The position numbers and the translations under genes were made by a program. The notes beneath the pieces were generated by a model. The model made no database searches and was not told where the DNA came from. It saw only the letters and a list, made by a program, of their open reading frames with translations. From NCBI GenBank assembly GCA_013043565.1, contig JABDNZ010000169.1, forward strand, positions 1 through 48,599: a stretch of 48,599 nt of DNA, in the 5' to 3' direction. How positions within the stretch are numbered: position 1 is the stretch's first letter; each line of letters begins with the position of its first letter. This DNA comes from Gemmatimonadota bacterium. GTDB lineage: Bacteria > Gemmatimonadota > Gemmatimonadetes > Longimicrobiales > Gaopeijiaceae. Of this stretch, positions 26,844-35,944 are shown one piece after another.

Positions 26844-28196
26844 TTGTCCGCTGTGAGCCCGATCATATTCCTCTTCTTCCTCGCCCAGCTGGGGGCACAG
26901 GAAAACGTTGCCCATCAGGCACCTTTAGGCGAACAGATCGAATCCTTCGCGCGACCCCTGGTAGAACGACACGACTTCAGCGGTGCTTTCGCCATACGGG
27001 GTCCCGAGGGTCCTGTGAGCGTGGCCGTTGGTTTCGCGGATCTTGCCCATGATGTGCGGAACTCGGTCGATACTCGGTTCGGAATCGGCTCCGTTTCCAA
27101 GCAGTTCACCGCCGCACTGGCCCTGCGTCTGATCGAAGATGGACAGCTCACGCTCCAGGACGTCGCCCAGGATATCCTTCCGGGACTCTCCGGCCCGGCG
27201 GTCACCGTGCATCAACTCCTCGCCCACCGCTCCGGTTTGGCAAGGGATCCTTTGGCCTTCGAATCGCAGGGAAAACAGTTCGACCGATCGGAGCTCTTGG
27301 ACATCATCTCCAGCCTCCCTCGTGAATTCGCTCCTGGGGAGCGCACCAGCTACAGCAACTCGGGCTACATCGTGCTCGCCCTCATAGCCGAAAGCGTCTC
27401 AGGCATGAGATTCTGTGACCTTCTGCATGAGGAGGTGCTCGAACCCCTGGGGCTTCAAGACACCGGGTGCCTGAGTACTTCCTCCGTAATCCCGAAACTG
27501 GCTCAGGGTTATGATCCAGGTCTCGGGCCCTACCGGCTTCGAGCCTCGCCTTTCCTCGAGTGGTCCAACCTGACGGGTCCAGGAGGGCTTTATTCAACCG
27601 TCGAGGATTTGGCGCAGTGGGGGCAGGTTATGCTGGACCGCACATTCCTGTCGCCGTCCAGCTGGGAGGCCTTCATGACCGACCACGGGAATGGCCGCGG
27701 GTATGGCATCGCCCAATACACCCGACATGGTCATCGAGCCATCGGCCATGACGGCGTGATAAACGGCTACACGGCGTTCTTGGAGATCTACCCCGAAAAC
27801 AGGTCGGTCGTAGCCTATGCAGGGAACATCCGGGCGGGAGCCTTCGAGTTGATGGAGAACGCCGTCATCGGGCTGACATTAGGCGCCCCCGTGAACCCCC
27901 CAGAGGCGCCTTCGGACCTGGACACGCCCGTTTCCTTCGAGGAGGGCGCCCCAGTCACCGGCCGCTACGAGCTGTTCCCGGGATTCCACCTCACCATCAC
28001 GTGGGAAGCTGATCGCCTCTTCCTTTCCGGGACGGGCGGATATCCTACCGTCCTGACTACCAAGGCCGACGGCGATTATTTCTATCGAGCGATGTACGCC
28101 ACGGTTCGGTTCGAGATCGACGGAGAGAATCAGGAACTCATCTGGATCGACCGCGGCGGTCAGGAATATAGGGCTCAGAGAACGTCGATCCATTAG
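26844..28196 (+). CDS. serine hydrolase, beta-lactamase/PBP (class C-like) family
   Basis: SxxK motif GIGSVSKQFTA, YxN motif SYSNSGY, and a signal peptide. TTG start preceded by GAAGGAG. The extra C-terminal beta-rich domain is of the kind often appended to these hydrolases. Confidence 0.8.
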   Translation: MSAVSPIIFLFFLAQLGAQENVAHQAPLGEQIESFARPLVERHDFSGAFAIRGPEGPVSVAVGFADLAHDVRNSVDTRFGIGSVSKQFTAALALRLIEDGQLTLQDVAQDILPGLSGPAVTVHQLLAHRSGLARDPLAFESQGKQFDRSELLDIISSLPREFAPGERTSYSNSGYIVLALIAESVSGMRFCDLLHEEVLEPLGLQDTGCLSTSSVIPKLAQGYDPGLGPYRLRASPFLEWSNLTGPGGLYSTVEDLAQWGQVMLDRTFLSPSSWEAFMTDHGNGRGYGIAQYTRHGHRAIGHDGVINGYTAFLEIYPENRSVVAYAGNIRAGAFELMENAVIGLTLGAPVNPPEAPSDLDTPVSFEEGAPVTGRYELFPGFHLTITWEADRLFLSGTGGYPTVLTTKADGDYFYRAMYATVRFEIDGENQELIWIDRGGQEYRAQRTSIH

Positions 28197-28214
28197 CCTT
28201 TCACCCATCCGACG

Positions 28215-28751
28215 ATGACACCAGACACCGACGAACAGCTGATGAAGCTTGTCCGGAGGGGCGATCGAAGCGCCCTGCGCGAGCTGTTCGATCGTCATCA
28301 TCGTCAAGTATTCGGATTCGTTTTGGGTCGCCTCGGTGACGCTGACCCATCGGAGGATGTGGCTCAGGAGGTCTTCATACGGGTTTGGCGATATCGCGAC
28401 TCCTATGACACTGATAGGAGATTCCTCCCATGGCTCTACCGGATCACGCGGAACCTGTTATCGGATTCAAAGAGCGGCCCGGTACTAGACTCTCCAGGAA
28501 ATGATGCACCCTCCAGCCACCTCCCGCCGGACGAACAGTTCGAGGAAAGGCAGCGGGCAGAGAAAGTGCGGAGCGCCGTCCTGGGGTTGCCTCCAGCCCA
28601 ACGTGAGGTCCTGCTCTTGAGCCGATGGAGTGGAATGACCTACCGCGAGATCGGTGACATCGTGGGTTGCTCCGAAGGAGCCGTGAAGGTTCGGGTTCAT
28701 AGGGCCCTGGAAGCCCTGCGTTCGCCCCTCGCACCGCTACGAGAGGATTAG
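28215..28751 (+). CDS. ECF-type RNA polymerase sigma factor
   Basis: Region 2 is AQEVFIRVWRYRDSYDTDRRFLPWLYRITRNLL. Region 4 is LPPAQREVLLLSRWSGMTYREIGDIVGCSEGAVKVRVHRA. Confidence 0.85.
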   Translation: MTPDTDEQLMKLVRRGDRSALRELFDRHHRQVFGFVLGRLGDADPSEDVAQEVFIRVWRYRDSYDTDRRFLPWLYRITRNLLSDSKSGPVLDSPGNDAPSSHLPPDEQFEERQRAEKVRSAVLGLPPAQREVLLLSRWSGMTYREIGDIVGCSEGAVKVRVHRALEALRSPLAPLRED

Positions 28752-28753
28752 CG

Positions 28754-29458
28754 ATGAGAGATGCTCATCTGACAGAAGCCGATACGCTCGCTCTGGTGCG
28801 GGGGGAGCCGGTGTCCGCAGACTCACTTGGACACTTGGACAGATGCTCGGATTGCGCAAAACGGGTAAGGGAGCAACAAGAGGTATGGAACACGCTGGGC
28901 TCGTTAGACCCGGGCCCGCGGTCTGAAGCCTTGTGGGACGGCATCGAGGCCCACCTCACTCCCCATGCCGCCAAACGCCGACCCGTCATCCGTCTACCCT
29001 GGGCCATGGCGGCGGCACTGGTGCTGAGCCTCGGCCTCGGAGCATCGTGGCAACTCTTTTCCCTTCGCGCCCGTATCGCCTCCCTGGAGCAGGCCAATTC
29101 CGAGCTGGCTCTGGGTCACAACTCTGCTTCCATGCGACTAACCGCCCTCGCGGACCTTCCTGAAAGCCCTCGAGAGCAGGCCACCATTGACGTACTTCTT
29201 TCGCTTCTGAGGGCGGATCCTGACGAACATGTCAGGCTCCTGGCCTTGGAGGCACTCCAAGGACCCCTCGAGTCCGGTACCGTCACACCGAGGGCCCTGG
29301 TCGAGATCCTCGCCATGGAAAAATCTCCCCTGGTACAGACGGATCTCATCGTGTCGATCCTCGGTGCAGGTGGGCCGGGAATGCTTCCAGCCATTCGGAA
29401 TGTCCTACCTCAGGATTCGATTCATCCCTTTGTCTCGTCCCAACTCATTGAAACGTAA
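28754..29458 (+). CDS. anti-sigma factor, zinc-binding (ZAS, HxxxCxxC) N-terminus, one TM, HEAT-like C-terminal repeats
   Basis: HLDRCSDC motif, the TM segment WAMAAALVLSLGLGASW, and C-terminal DEHVRLLALEALQ / PLVQTDLIVSIL HEAT-like helices. It begins 2 nt after the sigma gene. Confidence 0.75.
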   Translation: MRDAHLTEADTLALVRGEPVSADSLGHLDRCSDCAKRVREQQEVWNTLGSLDPGPRSEALWDGIEAHLTPHAAKRRPVIRLPWAMAAALVLSLGLGASWQLFSLRARIASLEQANSELALGHNSASMRLTALADLPESPREQATIDVLLSLLRADPDEHVRLLALEALQGPLESGTVTPRALVEILAMEKSPLVQTDLIVSILGAGGPGMLPAIRNVLPQDSIHPFVSSQLIET

Positions 29459-29469
29459 AGGAGTCTTTC

Positions 29470-30213
29470 GTGCGATTTCTTTTTCTTATTGGACTGCTCG
29501 CCTCTGTCCCCTCTTCCGTGTCGGCCCAGGTGGGGACCGTGGAAGCCCCTCCCGGAACGAAGGTGAACGTCAGCCTTCTGTGGGGAGCGGTCCGGATGAT
29601 CGGAGATGACGAGTCCACCGTGCGAGTGGCTCGAATCCGTACAGGGCAGCCGGGCGACCCGACTGTGATCGCCGAGTCGGGAGATCCCGTGTCCGTGGTC
29701 CGCTCGGGAGACGAAGTGACCATCACGCAGGAGCTGCCCGACGAGAAGACCTTCGCTTCGAGTTACATCGAGGTTCGATTCCCGCGGGAAGCACCGATTC
29801 TGATAGAGATGCTGAGGGGTGGGGAAATCAGTCTGATCGGGACGCAAGGCGATGCAGAGGTCACGAACCACAATGGGTCGGTGAGACTGGAGGACGTGGC
29901 AGGAAGCGTCCGCGTCTCGGCCTCAAATGGGGCCATCACAGGAGTAATCACCGGACCCTTGGCTCCGAGCGCGTCCTTCGCCTCCCTGAACGGCGAGATC
30001 GACCTGACCCTACCTTATGATGCTTCGATCACAGCCCGCCTTCGAACAGACAACGGTCGGCTGAGGAGCGACTTCCCAGTGGAGGTCACAGAGCGCCAGA
30101 CATCGCTGGGGGAAGGGGCCGAGGTCGTGGCCGAAATCAACGGGGGAGGGACGCCGTTCATCGCGACCACCCGGTCAGGCGACGTGGTCCTAAGGCGGGC
30201 GGTTCGCCGGTGA
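29470..30213 (+). CDS. DUF4097 (LiaG-like beta-strand repeat) secreted protein
   Basis: Repeats of the type GDAEVTNHNGSVRLEDVAGSVRVSASNGAITG ... LNGEIDL. Signal peptide. GTG start after AAGGAG. Confidence 0.7.
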   Translation: MRFLFLIGLLASVPSSVSAQVGTVEAPPGTKVNVSLLWGAVRMIGDDESTVRVARIRTGQPGDPTVIAESGDPVSVVRSGDEVTITQELPDEKTFASSYIEVRFPREAPILIEMLRGGEISLIGTQGDAEVTNHNGSVRLEDVAGSVRVSASNGAITGVITGPLAPSASFASLNGEIDLTLPYDASITARLRTDNGRLRSDFPVEVTERQTSLGEGAEVVAEINGGGTPFIATTRSGDVVLRRAVRR

Positions 30214-30242
30214 AGGTGCAGGGCGGTTGGCGTCAGCCCTTA

Positions 30243-32093
30243 TCAGCCGCCCGTTCGGCGAAGCCTGTACTGGTTACGCTGGAATTCTGCTGCGGATCCG
30301 GCGTACCGCACGTATTTCGTGATGGTTAGAGTTTCGTCCTCGACTTCCACGACGTTCCGGATGGAAGCTTCGCGACCGTTGTCCTCGCCCTCCTGCATCA
30401 ACTCCAACCGGTAGACACCCGCCGACGGGTTTTCCGAGCGTTCCACAATCTGCCACAGCCCACCGAGGTTCAGGCCCTCTTCGGTTTCGAAGAGGCGCTC
30501 GATGTCTGAGACGATTCGTCCGTTCGGCTCCTCATAGGAAAACTCGAGAACCAGAGCCTGGCCGTCGTCACTCCGGTGGCAGGAAAGACGAGTCGTAAGG
30601 CTCACCAGGGTCTCATTGTCCCCGTAATCCAGATACTCGAGGACCCCCTCCCAGGACCCCATCAGAAAGTCGTAGCCGTTGGCGTCCTCTCCGGGCGATC
30701 CCACAGACTCTCCCGAGGAATGGATAGAGGGCCGGCCGCGATCGGCTACGGCCAGGGGAACGGACAGAATGTCCTCGCCATCGGTGAAGACCATGATCCC
30801 GAGAGCCTCCACGGGTTGAACACCCCAAGCATAGGGAAGTCCCTGGATCTTCCCGGCCGACATCACGACGCCATCGTCGAGGTGAAGCTCCCAGATCCCA
30901 TTGGGTCCATTGGATTCGCAGATGTCGTCGACACAGCGGGAGACCAACAGCATTCCAGAGAGTCCTTCGGCGAAGGCGTCGAAAGTGGTCCCACCCTCCG
31001 GGACGAACACAGGTTCGGACGCCCGGAATCCCTCGCCGTCCTTCCGGGCCAGAAAGATGCCGGCCCCTGCCTCTCCCCCGGCGTCGAAGATGAAGAGATC
31101 GCCGGCTTCGGTCAGGGAAGGATAGGTGCCAACTACCCCATGGACCTCTGACAGGTTTTCCGGTTCCGACCATTCCCCGCCTGAAAGCTCAATTCGGAAT
31201 AGGGCCCTCTCGCCCGCCTCCGTGTTCGTCGCGAAAAAGATGGCTTTTCCATCCGGAGAGAGCGTAAGGTTGTAGACCTGCCCCATGCCTTCCAATGCCT
31301 CGACCCTCCATCCGCCTGTTTCCCGGAATGCGATGAACGGGTTCTTCCGGTACCAGTCGTCCCCGTAGCGGGCAAACACCATCACCTGCCCATCCGCAGA
31401 AAAAGATGGGGATGTTTCCGACCCTTCGGTGCTTACGAGGCCAGGAAGAAACGGCATTGGGGTGACCAGGCCATCTTCCTCATCGAGCATGACCAACGAC
31501 CGGGCCTCCAGGCGCAGAGGGCTCCCATCCCTGAACATGGAGCGGCGAGTCCACCGGTCAGCATCGTCGAAGGCCTGGTATTGGTATCGGAAGGAAGCGC
31601 CTCCCTCCCTTTCCGTATACCGGAAGTCCCAGCCCAGTTGGTTCCCCCTTCCGTCCCACAGCACGTCTTCTTCACCATACTGGCTTCCATTGGCCCGATA
31701 ATACCTCTTTGCTACTTCCCTGCCCTCTCCGTCCAACTCATACACGGTCCGATCCGACCCAACACCCGGTTCGTAGAAGTACACGGCCGTTTTCTCCCGA
31801 CCGTTCAGAGAATAGCTGTAGACCTCCCGGGTCGGTTCCTTCGAATTCCCTTCGAAATAGACGGCCCCAGCCTCCCGCCCGTCTGCATCGTGGAGGACGA
31901 GGAACACGAGTTCCTTTACCCCCGCTGAGTCCGTCACCTCTTCCCTGAGACGACGGCCATCGGGCCCGAACCAGGTAGTCTGACTTCCGAGGAAGGCCCC
32001 CGAGGCCGGGTCGAATCGGTCGATTCGCTCCTGAATGATGGTGGTGTCCGGCATCAGGACGGCCGCCGCCAAGGCCACAAAAAGTAACGACAT
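30243..32093 (-). CDS. secreted multidomain protein with PD40/TolB-like beta-propeller segment (hypothetical)
   Basis: 616 aa. The N-terminus has YD/MORN-like short repeats. The middle has PD40-like segments (SPSFSADGQVMVFA, LTLSPDGKAIFFAT). The C-terminal ~140 aa form a lipocalin-like beta domain. GGAGG RBS. Confidence 0.6.
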   Translation of the reverse strand: MSLLFVALAAAVLMPDTTIIQERIDRFDPASGAFLGSQTTWFGPDGRRLREEVTDSAGVKELVFLVLHDADGREAGAVYFEGNSKEPTREVYSYSLNGREKTAVYFYEPGVGSDRTVYELDGEGREVAKRYYRANGSQYGEEDVLWDGRGNQLGWDFRYTEREGGASFRYQYQAFDDADRWTRRSMFRDGSPLRLEARSLVMLDEEDGLVTPMPFLPGLVSTEGSETSPSFSADGQVMVFARYGDDWYRKNPFIAFRETGGWRVEALEGMGQVYNLTLSPDGKAIFFATNTEAGERALFRIELSGGEWSEPENLSEVHGVVGTYPSLTEAGDLFIFDAGGEAGAGIFLARKDGEGFRASEPVFVPEGGTTFDAFAEGLSGMLLVSRCVDDICESNGPNGIWELHLDDGVVMSAGKIQGLPYAWGVQPVEALGIMVFTDGEDILSVPLAVADRGRPSIHSSGESVGSPGEDANGYDFLMGSWEGVLEYLDYGDNETLVSLTTRLSCHRSDDGQALVLEFSYEEPNGRIVSDIERLFETEEGLNLGGLWQIVERSENPSAGVYRLELMQEGEDNGREASIRNVVEVEDETLTITKYVRYAGSAAEFQRNQYRLRRTGG

Positions 32094-32267
32094 CTCTTAC
32101 GCCTCCGTCTGCAACTCGATGAAAGGCCCGCGTGAGGTATTCTCGAGCTCGTACCCGGGCATGGCCCGGGGTACGGCCGGTCACCTGGAAGCGGCTGCCG
32201 TGGCTAGGGCGAGGAGGACCCCACGAAATGACCTCGAGAGGAACCTCGTCCTCATTCCCATCCCCAC

Positions 32268-33209
32268 CTACGTCGAAGCTGATTCTGGGTCCTGGATGAG
32301 ACCTTCGATGCTACCGCCAACCACTTCTGCAAAGACTTCCTCCAGGCCAACCGGCTTGAGCCGTACAGAGGTCAGGGGGATATCCCCCAACGAGTGGACC
32401 ACGGACCGAATGTCCGTCTTCTGAGTCAGATAAAGGTCCATGACTCCGTGGTTGCGACGGTACCGGAGACCTAACTCCCGAGCCCGTTTGCACACCGCCT
32501 CGGGATCTTCCGTTTCCACGACTGCAAGCTCCTCCGCCGGGACAAGCTGTCGCAGCTCGTCCATCGTTCCTTCCGCCGCAATCCGGCCCTCATCCATGAT
32601 CCCGACCCTCGTGCCGATCCTCTCCGCCTCTTCGAGATGATGAGTGGTCAGGAGAATGGACCGGCCATCCCGCTTCAGGTCTGAGATCAAGTTCCAGATC
32701 CTCTGTCTGATCTCCAGATCCAGCCCCACAGTCGGCTCATCGAGAATCAAAAGGGGCGGCTCATGCAGCAGAGCAGAGGCCAGGTGCAATCTCCGGCGCA
32801 TGCCTCCGCTCAGTTCCGAAACGATGGAATCGGCTCTTTCACTCAACCCCACAGCCTCGAGGCAGGTCTCCGCCCTTTCCCGCCTCGCGGTGGGGTTCAA
32901 ACCGTAGACGGCTCCAAAAAAGGTCAGGTTCTGGATGCAGGTAAGATCCCGGTAGACAGCGGTCTCCTGCGGCACGATACCGAGCGCTTCCCTCGGCACG
33001 TCAGTGTTGCTGGCCCCTCCGATCGTCACCCCACCCGCCAGCGGTCGCAGGATATCGCAGATCACGTTGATCGTGGTGGATTTCCCGGCGCCGTTCGGGC
33101 CCAGCAGGCAGTAGACCTCTCCTTCCTCGATCTGGAACGAAAGCTCGTCCAATACCGAGGTCTCTCCAAACGAAACCTTCAACCCTTCCACCCCGAGAAA
33201 AGGCGCCAT
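32268..33209 (-). CDS. ABC transporter ATP-binding protein (ABC-2/DrrA-like exporter type)
   Basis: Walker A GPNGAGKSTT, signature LSGGMRRRL, Walker B LLILDEPTVGLD. A 1-nt overlap (TGATG) with the upstream permease gene. Confidence 0.9.
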   Translation of the reverse strand: MAPFLGVEGLKVSFGETSVLDELSFQIEEGEVYCLLGPNGAGKSTTINVICDILRPLAGGVTIGGASNTDVPREALGIVPQETAVYRDLTCIQNLTFFGAVYGLNPTARRERAETCLEAVGLSERADSIVSELSGGMRRRLHLASALLHEPPLLILDEPTVGLDLEIRQRIWNLISDLKRDGRSILLTTHHLEEAERIGTRVGIMDEGRIAAEGTMDELRQLVPAEELAVVETEDPEAVCKRARELGLRYRRNHGVMDLYLTQKTDIRSVVHSLGDIPLTSVRLKPVGLEEVFAEVVGGSIEGLIQDPESAST

Positions 33210-33967
33210 CAGAGCAACCTCTCCTTCGCCAGCATCCGCCGATACGACCTGGCTCCTAGGACGATGGAGAGGAAAGCGAAGAGGAAGAGGAAGATCATGT
33301 GGTCCTGGACCGCTGCCCAGCCCAAACCATCCGCAGACACCGGGTCCAAAGCCTCGTTCATGTGGAAGATCGGGTTCAGGTGGGCCAGACTGAGCAGATA
33401 CGGCGGAAGCATCGACGGGGGAAAAAACGTCCCCCCCAGGACCAGCAGGGGAACTCCGATTGCCGCCACCGGACCGTTCACGTCCTCGGTGCGCTTCGCG
33501 AACCGGGAGCCGAAGAAAAATCCGACACCTACATAGGACGTCACGCTCAGGGCCACGATCAGAACTCCCAGGGGGAGAGAGCCGAGGAACCTACCCCCGA
33601 AGGCAAAGGCGATCCCATAGACGATGACCACCTGGCCAGCGGCTATGACGAGATGAGCCAGCGTCACGCCAATGAAGTACTCCGTTCCCCCGAGGGGAGA
33701 CAGAAGCAAGCGCTTGAGCGTGTTGCGCTCTCGTTCTGCCACCAGAGCCGCGATGGGCCCGCCAAGACAGCTGAAAAACAGGGCCGCTCCAATGAGGATG
33801 CTCGGGGCCATCAGGTTGAAGGAATCCGGCGTCCCCCCGACACCGTCCGCGTAGATGAGGCCGAACAGCAACAGCATCAAAGCCGGGAACACGGCCCAAC
33901 CCACGAGGCTCCGGCGGGTGTGCCAAAGCTCCGTCAGAATCCTTCGGGCTACGGTGAATGCGAGCAT
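33209..33967 (-). CDS. ABC-2 type transporter permease
   Basis: 252 aa with six hydrophobic helices. It directly precedes and overlaps the ATPase gene. Confidence 0.8.
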   Translation of the reverse strand: MLAFTVARRILTELWHTRRSLVGWAVFPALMLLLFGLIYADGVGGTPDSFNLMAPSILIGAALFFSCLGGPIAALVAERERNTLKRLLLSPLGGTEYFIGVTLAHLVIAAGQVVIVYGIAFAFGGRFLGSLPLGVLIVALSVTSYVGVGFFFGSRFAKRTEDVNGPVAAIGVPLLVLGGTFFPPSMLPPYLLSLAHLNPIFHMNEALDPVSADGLGWAAVQDHMIFLFLFAFLSIVLGARSYRRMLAKERLL

Positions 33968-34040
33968 CTCAACTCCATCTAGGAAACATGCGGCCCGAGA
34001 TCAAAACGGGCCTCGATCGGACTCGAAGAGCCGGTTCTCT

Positions 34041-35177
34041 CTAGTGAGATAGGCGGTAGAGCCGAATACGATCCGTGTCGAACTCGTCCCGCCACAGAAC
34101 GACTGCCCTGTCCTCGCCGACGGCCAAGATTCCGGTACCCTGTGGAGCCAGTGCCACTCCTTTGGCTTGGCCGTCGGCCCCGTGGATGATCCACCTGGAT
34201 CCCTCCGTCGGAGCATCCCACGTCTCCACCCAGATGTCCCCCGTGGAGGCAACTACCAACGACCGGATAGCGGGGGTGTTCGTGGCCCGGGGCCTCCCCC
34301 CTCCCCACTCGCTAACCACCCGACGGTCGTTGTCTTCCACGACAAATCGAAGCATCTCTTCCATCTCCGCGGCGACATCTTCGTCGGTGGCCCGGCGGGC
34401 CCGGGCGTCCGTGGCAAACGTTCGAGCATCGGAGCCATCAAAACGGAAGCTTCTGATCACGGATTGGTCTGACGCCGCCACAAAAACCCTCGTAGGACTT
34501 GCCGCCCAAAGAAGCGTAGTCCCGGGAGTGTAGGGTCTTGGGACGGCAACCCCACGAGCATCCGTCCGGCCCGTATCCGCAGGGAACCAACCGATGGTGT
34601 CGACCTGGGGCGGTGAGCGTTTCCTGAGTAGGCCTACCTCCTGCCTGTACTCTCCTCGGACTCGACCGAAGAGGCGCTCTTGGCAGCGCACCATGAGAGA
34701 TCCGTCCGGAAGCACCCCACCGTACCCCGCGTTGTGGTCCCCGCCGCAGAGGGGTTCGATGACGGCCCGCTCCGTCCGGAGTGCCTGCCCGCCTTTGTCG
34801 AACCACGTCAGACGCCCGGCCTCGTCCAATACGACCAGGGTGTCCACCTTAGCCGCCAGGTCGGTGGGGTTTCTGAACTCGCCGGGGCCGTCGCCGAACC
34901 GGCCAATGTCCCGCAAGTGCCGACCGTAGCTGTCGTAGAGTCGGATCGTTGGCGCCAAGGCATCGAGGACCGCGACCTCACCTCCAGGCAGGACGGCCAC
35001 GTCCCGAACCAGGCCGAACTGATCCGTGGGATCGGTCATTGAGCCGCCGATCTCCCAGACGGGTTCGGCTTCGAAACGCCATTCTGTCGCCTGGGCCCAT
35101 AAGCCAGAACTCGGGCCTGTTGCCGCTAGTAGCAACAGGAGTCCGGTCACCTGGTTCCTGAGGCCAAAAAGACACAT
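34041..35177 (-). CDS. 6-bladed beta-propeller (NHL-like) protein, paralog of 13451-14749
   Basis: Signal peptide, the GDGPGEFRNP motif, and a shared C-terminal pattern (VVLWRDEFDTDRIRLYRL versus VLGLFRDDFEVEYVHIYEL). Confidence 0.7.
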   Translation of the reverse strand: MCLFGLRNQVTGLLLLLAATGPSSGLWAQATEWRFEAEPVWEIGGSMTDPTDQFGLVRDVAVLPGGEVAVLDALAPTIRLYDSYGRHLRDIGRFGDGPGEFRNPTDLAAKVDTLVVLDEAGRLTWFDKGGQALRTERAVIEPLCGGDHNAGYGGVLPDGSLMVRCQERLFGRVRGEYRQEVGLLRKRSPPQVDTIGWFPADTGRTDARGVAVPRPYTPGTTLLWAASPTRVFVAASDQSVIRSFRFDGSDARTFATDARARRATDEDVAAEMEEMLRFVVEDNDRRVVSEWGGGRPRATNTPAIRSLVVASTGDIWVETWDAPTEGSRWIIHGADGQAKGVALAPQGTGILAVGEDRAVVLWRDEFDTDRIRLYRLSH

Positions 35178-35182
35178 CGCTT

Positions 35183-35707
35183 TTATGCTTCACTCCCCTG
35201 ATCCAGAGCCTTCCCCCGTCTCACCTCCTGGAGTGCGTACTGACCGAGGCCATGCTCAAAAGCATCGATAAGCTCGGTTCGGGTGGCTTCCAAACCCCAG
35301 GGAAGGACCGCTACGAGGCCCATTCCCCTGAACCGGTTCCTTCTCATCACGAGCTCGGCAAGAGGCGTCTGCTTCTCCAACAGAGCCTGCGGATTTTTCA
35401 CCTCGATCTCGATCATGCCGAACCTGCTCTTCCGCACGCCCAGGACCTGGTCCCATGGAATGAACCCCGGGGAATACCAGAAGTTCTTTTCCAGAATGCC
35501 TTTCGGGGAAATCCGAATCCTGACCTTCCGCCGAATCAATCGCTGAAGCGAGTAGACAGCATGCGGGGCGAACACGATGAGCCCCATCATGCCAAGCGCG
35601 CCACTGAGTTGGAACGCTACGATCCCCAGGACGCTCATGAGGAACCATCCCCACCAGAAGTGCGGGGCGTCGTAGAACTCGACCGGCTTGATGGGCGGGT
35701 TTTTCAT
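35183..35707 (-). CDS. membrane-anchored PH-like (bPH) domain protein, tentative
   Basis: Two N-terminal TM helices, then RIRISPKGILEKNFWYSPGFIPWDQVLGVRKSRFGMIEIEV, which resembles bacterial PH-domain proteins. It ends 5 nt before the next gene. Confidence 0.5.
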   Translation of the reverse strand: MKNPPIKPVEFYDAPHFWWGWFLMSVLGIVAFQLSGALGMMGLIVFAPHAVYSLQRLIRRKVRIRISPKGILEKNFWYSPGFIPWDQVLGVRKSRFGMIEIEVKNPQALLEKQTPLAELVMRRNRFRGMGLVAVLPWGLEATRTELIDAFEHGLGQYALQEVRRGKALDQGSEA

Positions 35708-35944
35708 AGGCTGTTACGTGGGCCAGACCCTTTCACCTCAGGACTCGAAGATATACCGGCCGGATTTCCCCGGTAACAAAAACCTATTTGGCCGTTCGAC
35801 ATCCGGGGGGCATCGGACCCCGGTCGCCCCAGTCGTCGACACCGTTGGGCCCGGAACCTATTCTCCCCAGCACGGTCCATCGAACCAGTGGGGCAGGCCT
35901 ACCCCCACAACCGCGGCAGCTCGAACGGGAAGGTCGGGATCCCA

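Noticed and set aside
32151-32174. GC-rich hairpin GTACCCGGGC-atg-GCCCGGGGTAC as an intrinsic terminator of the ABC operon.
   Set aside because: There is no U-tract on the minus strand after the stem. It is kept only as an unexplained inverted repeat.
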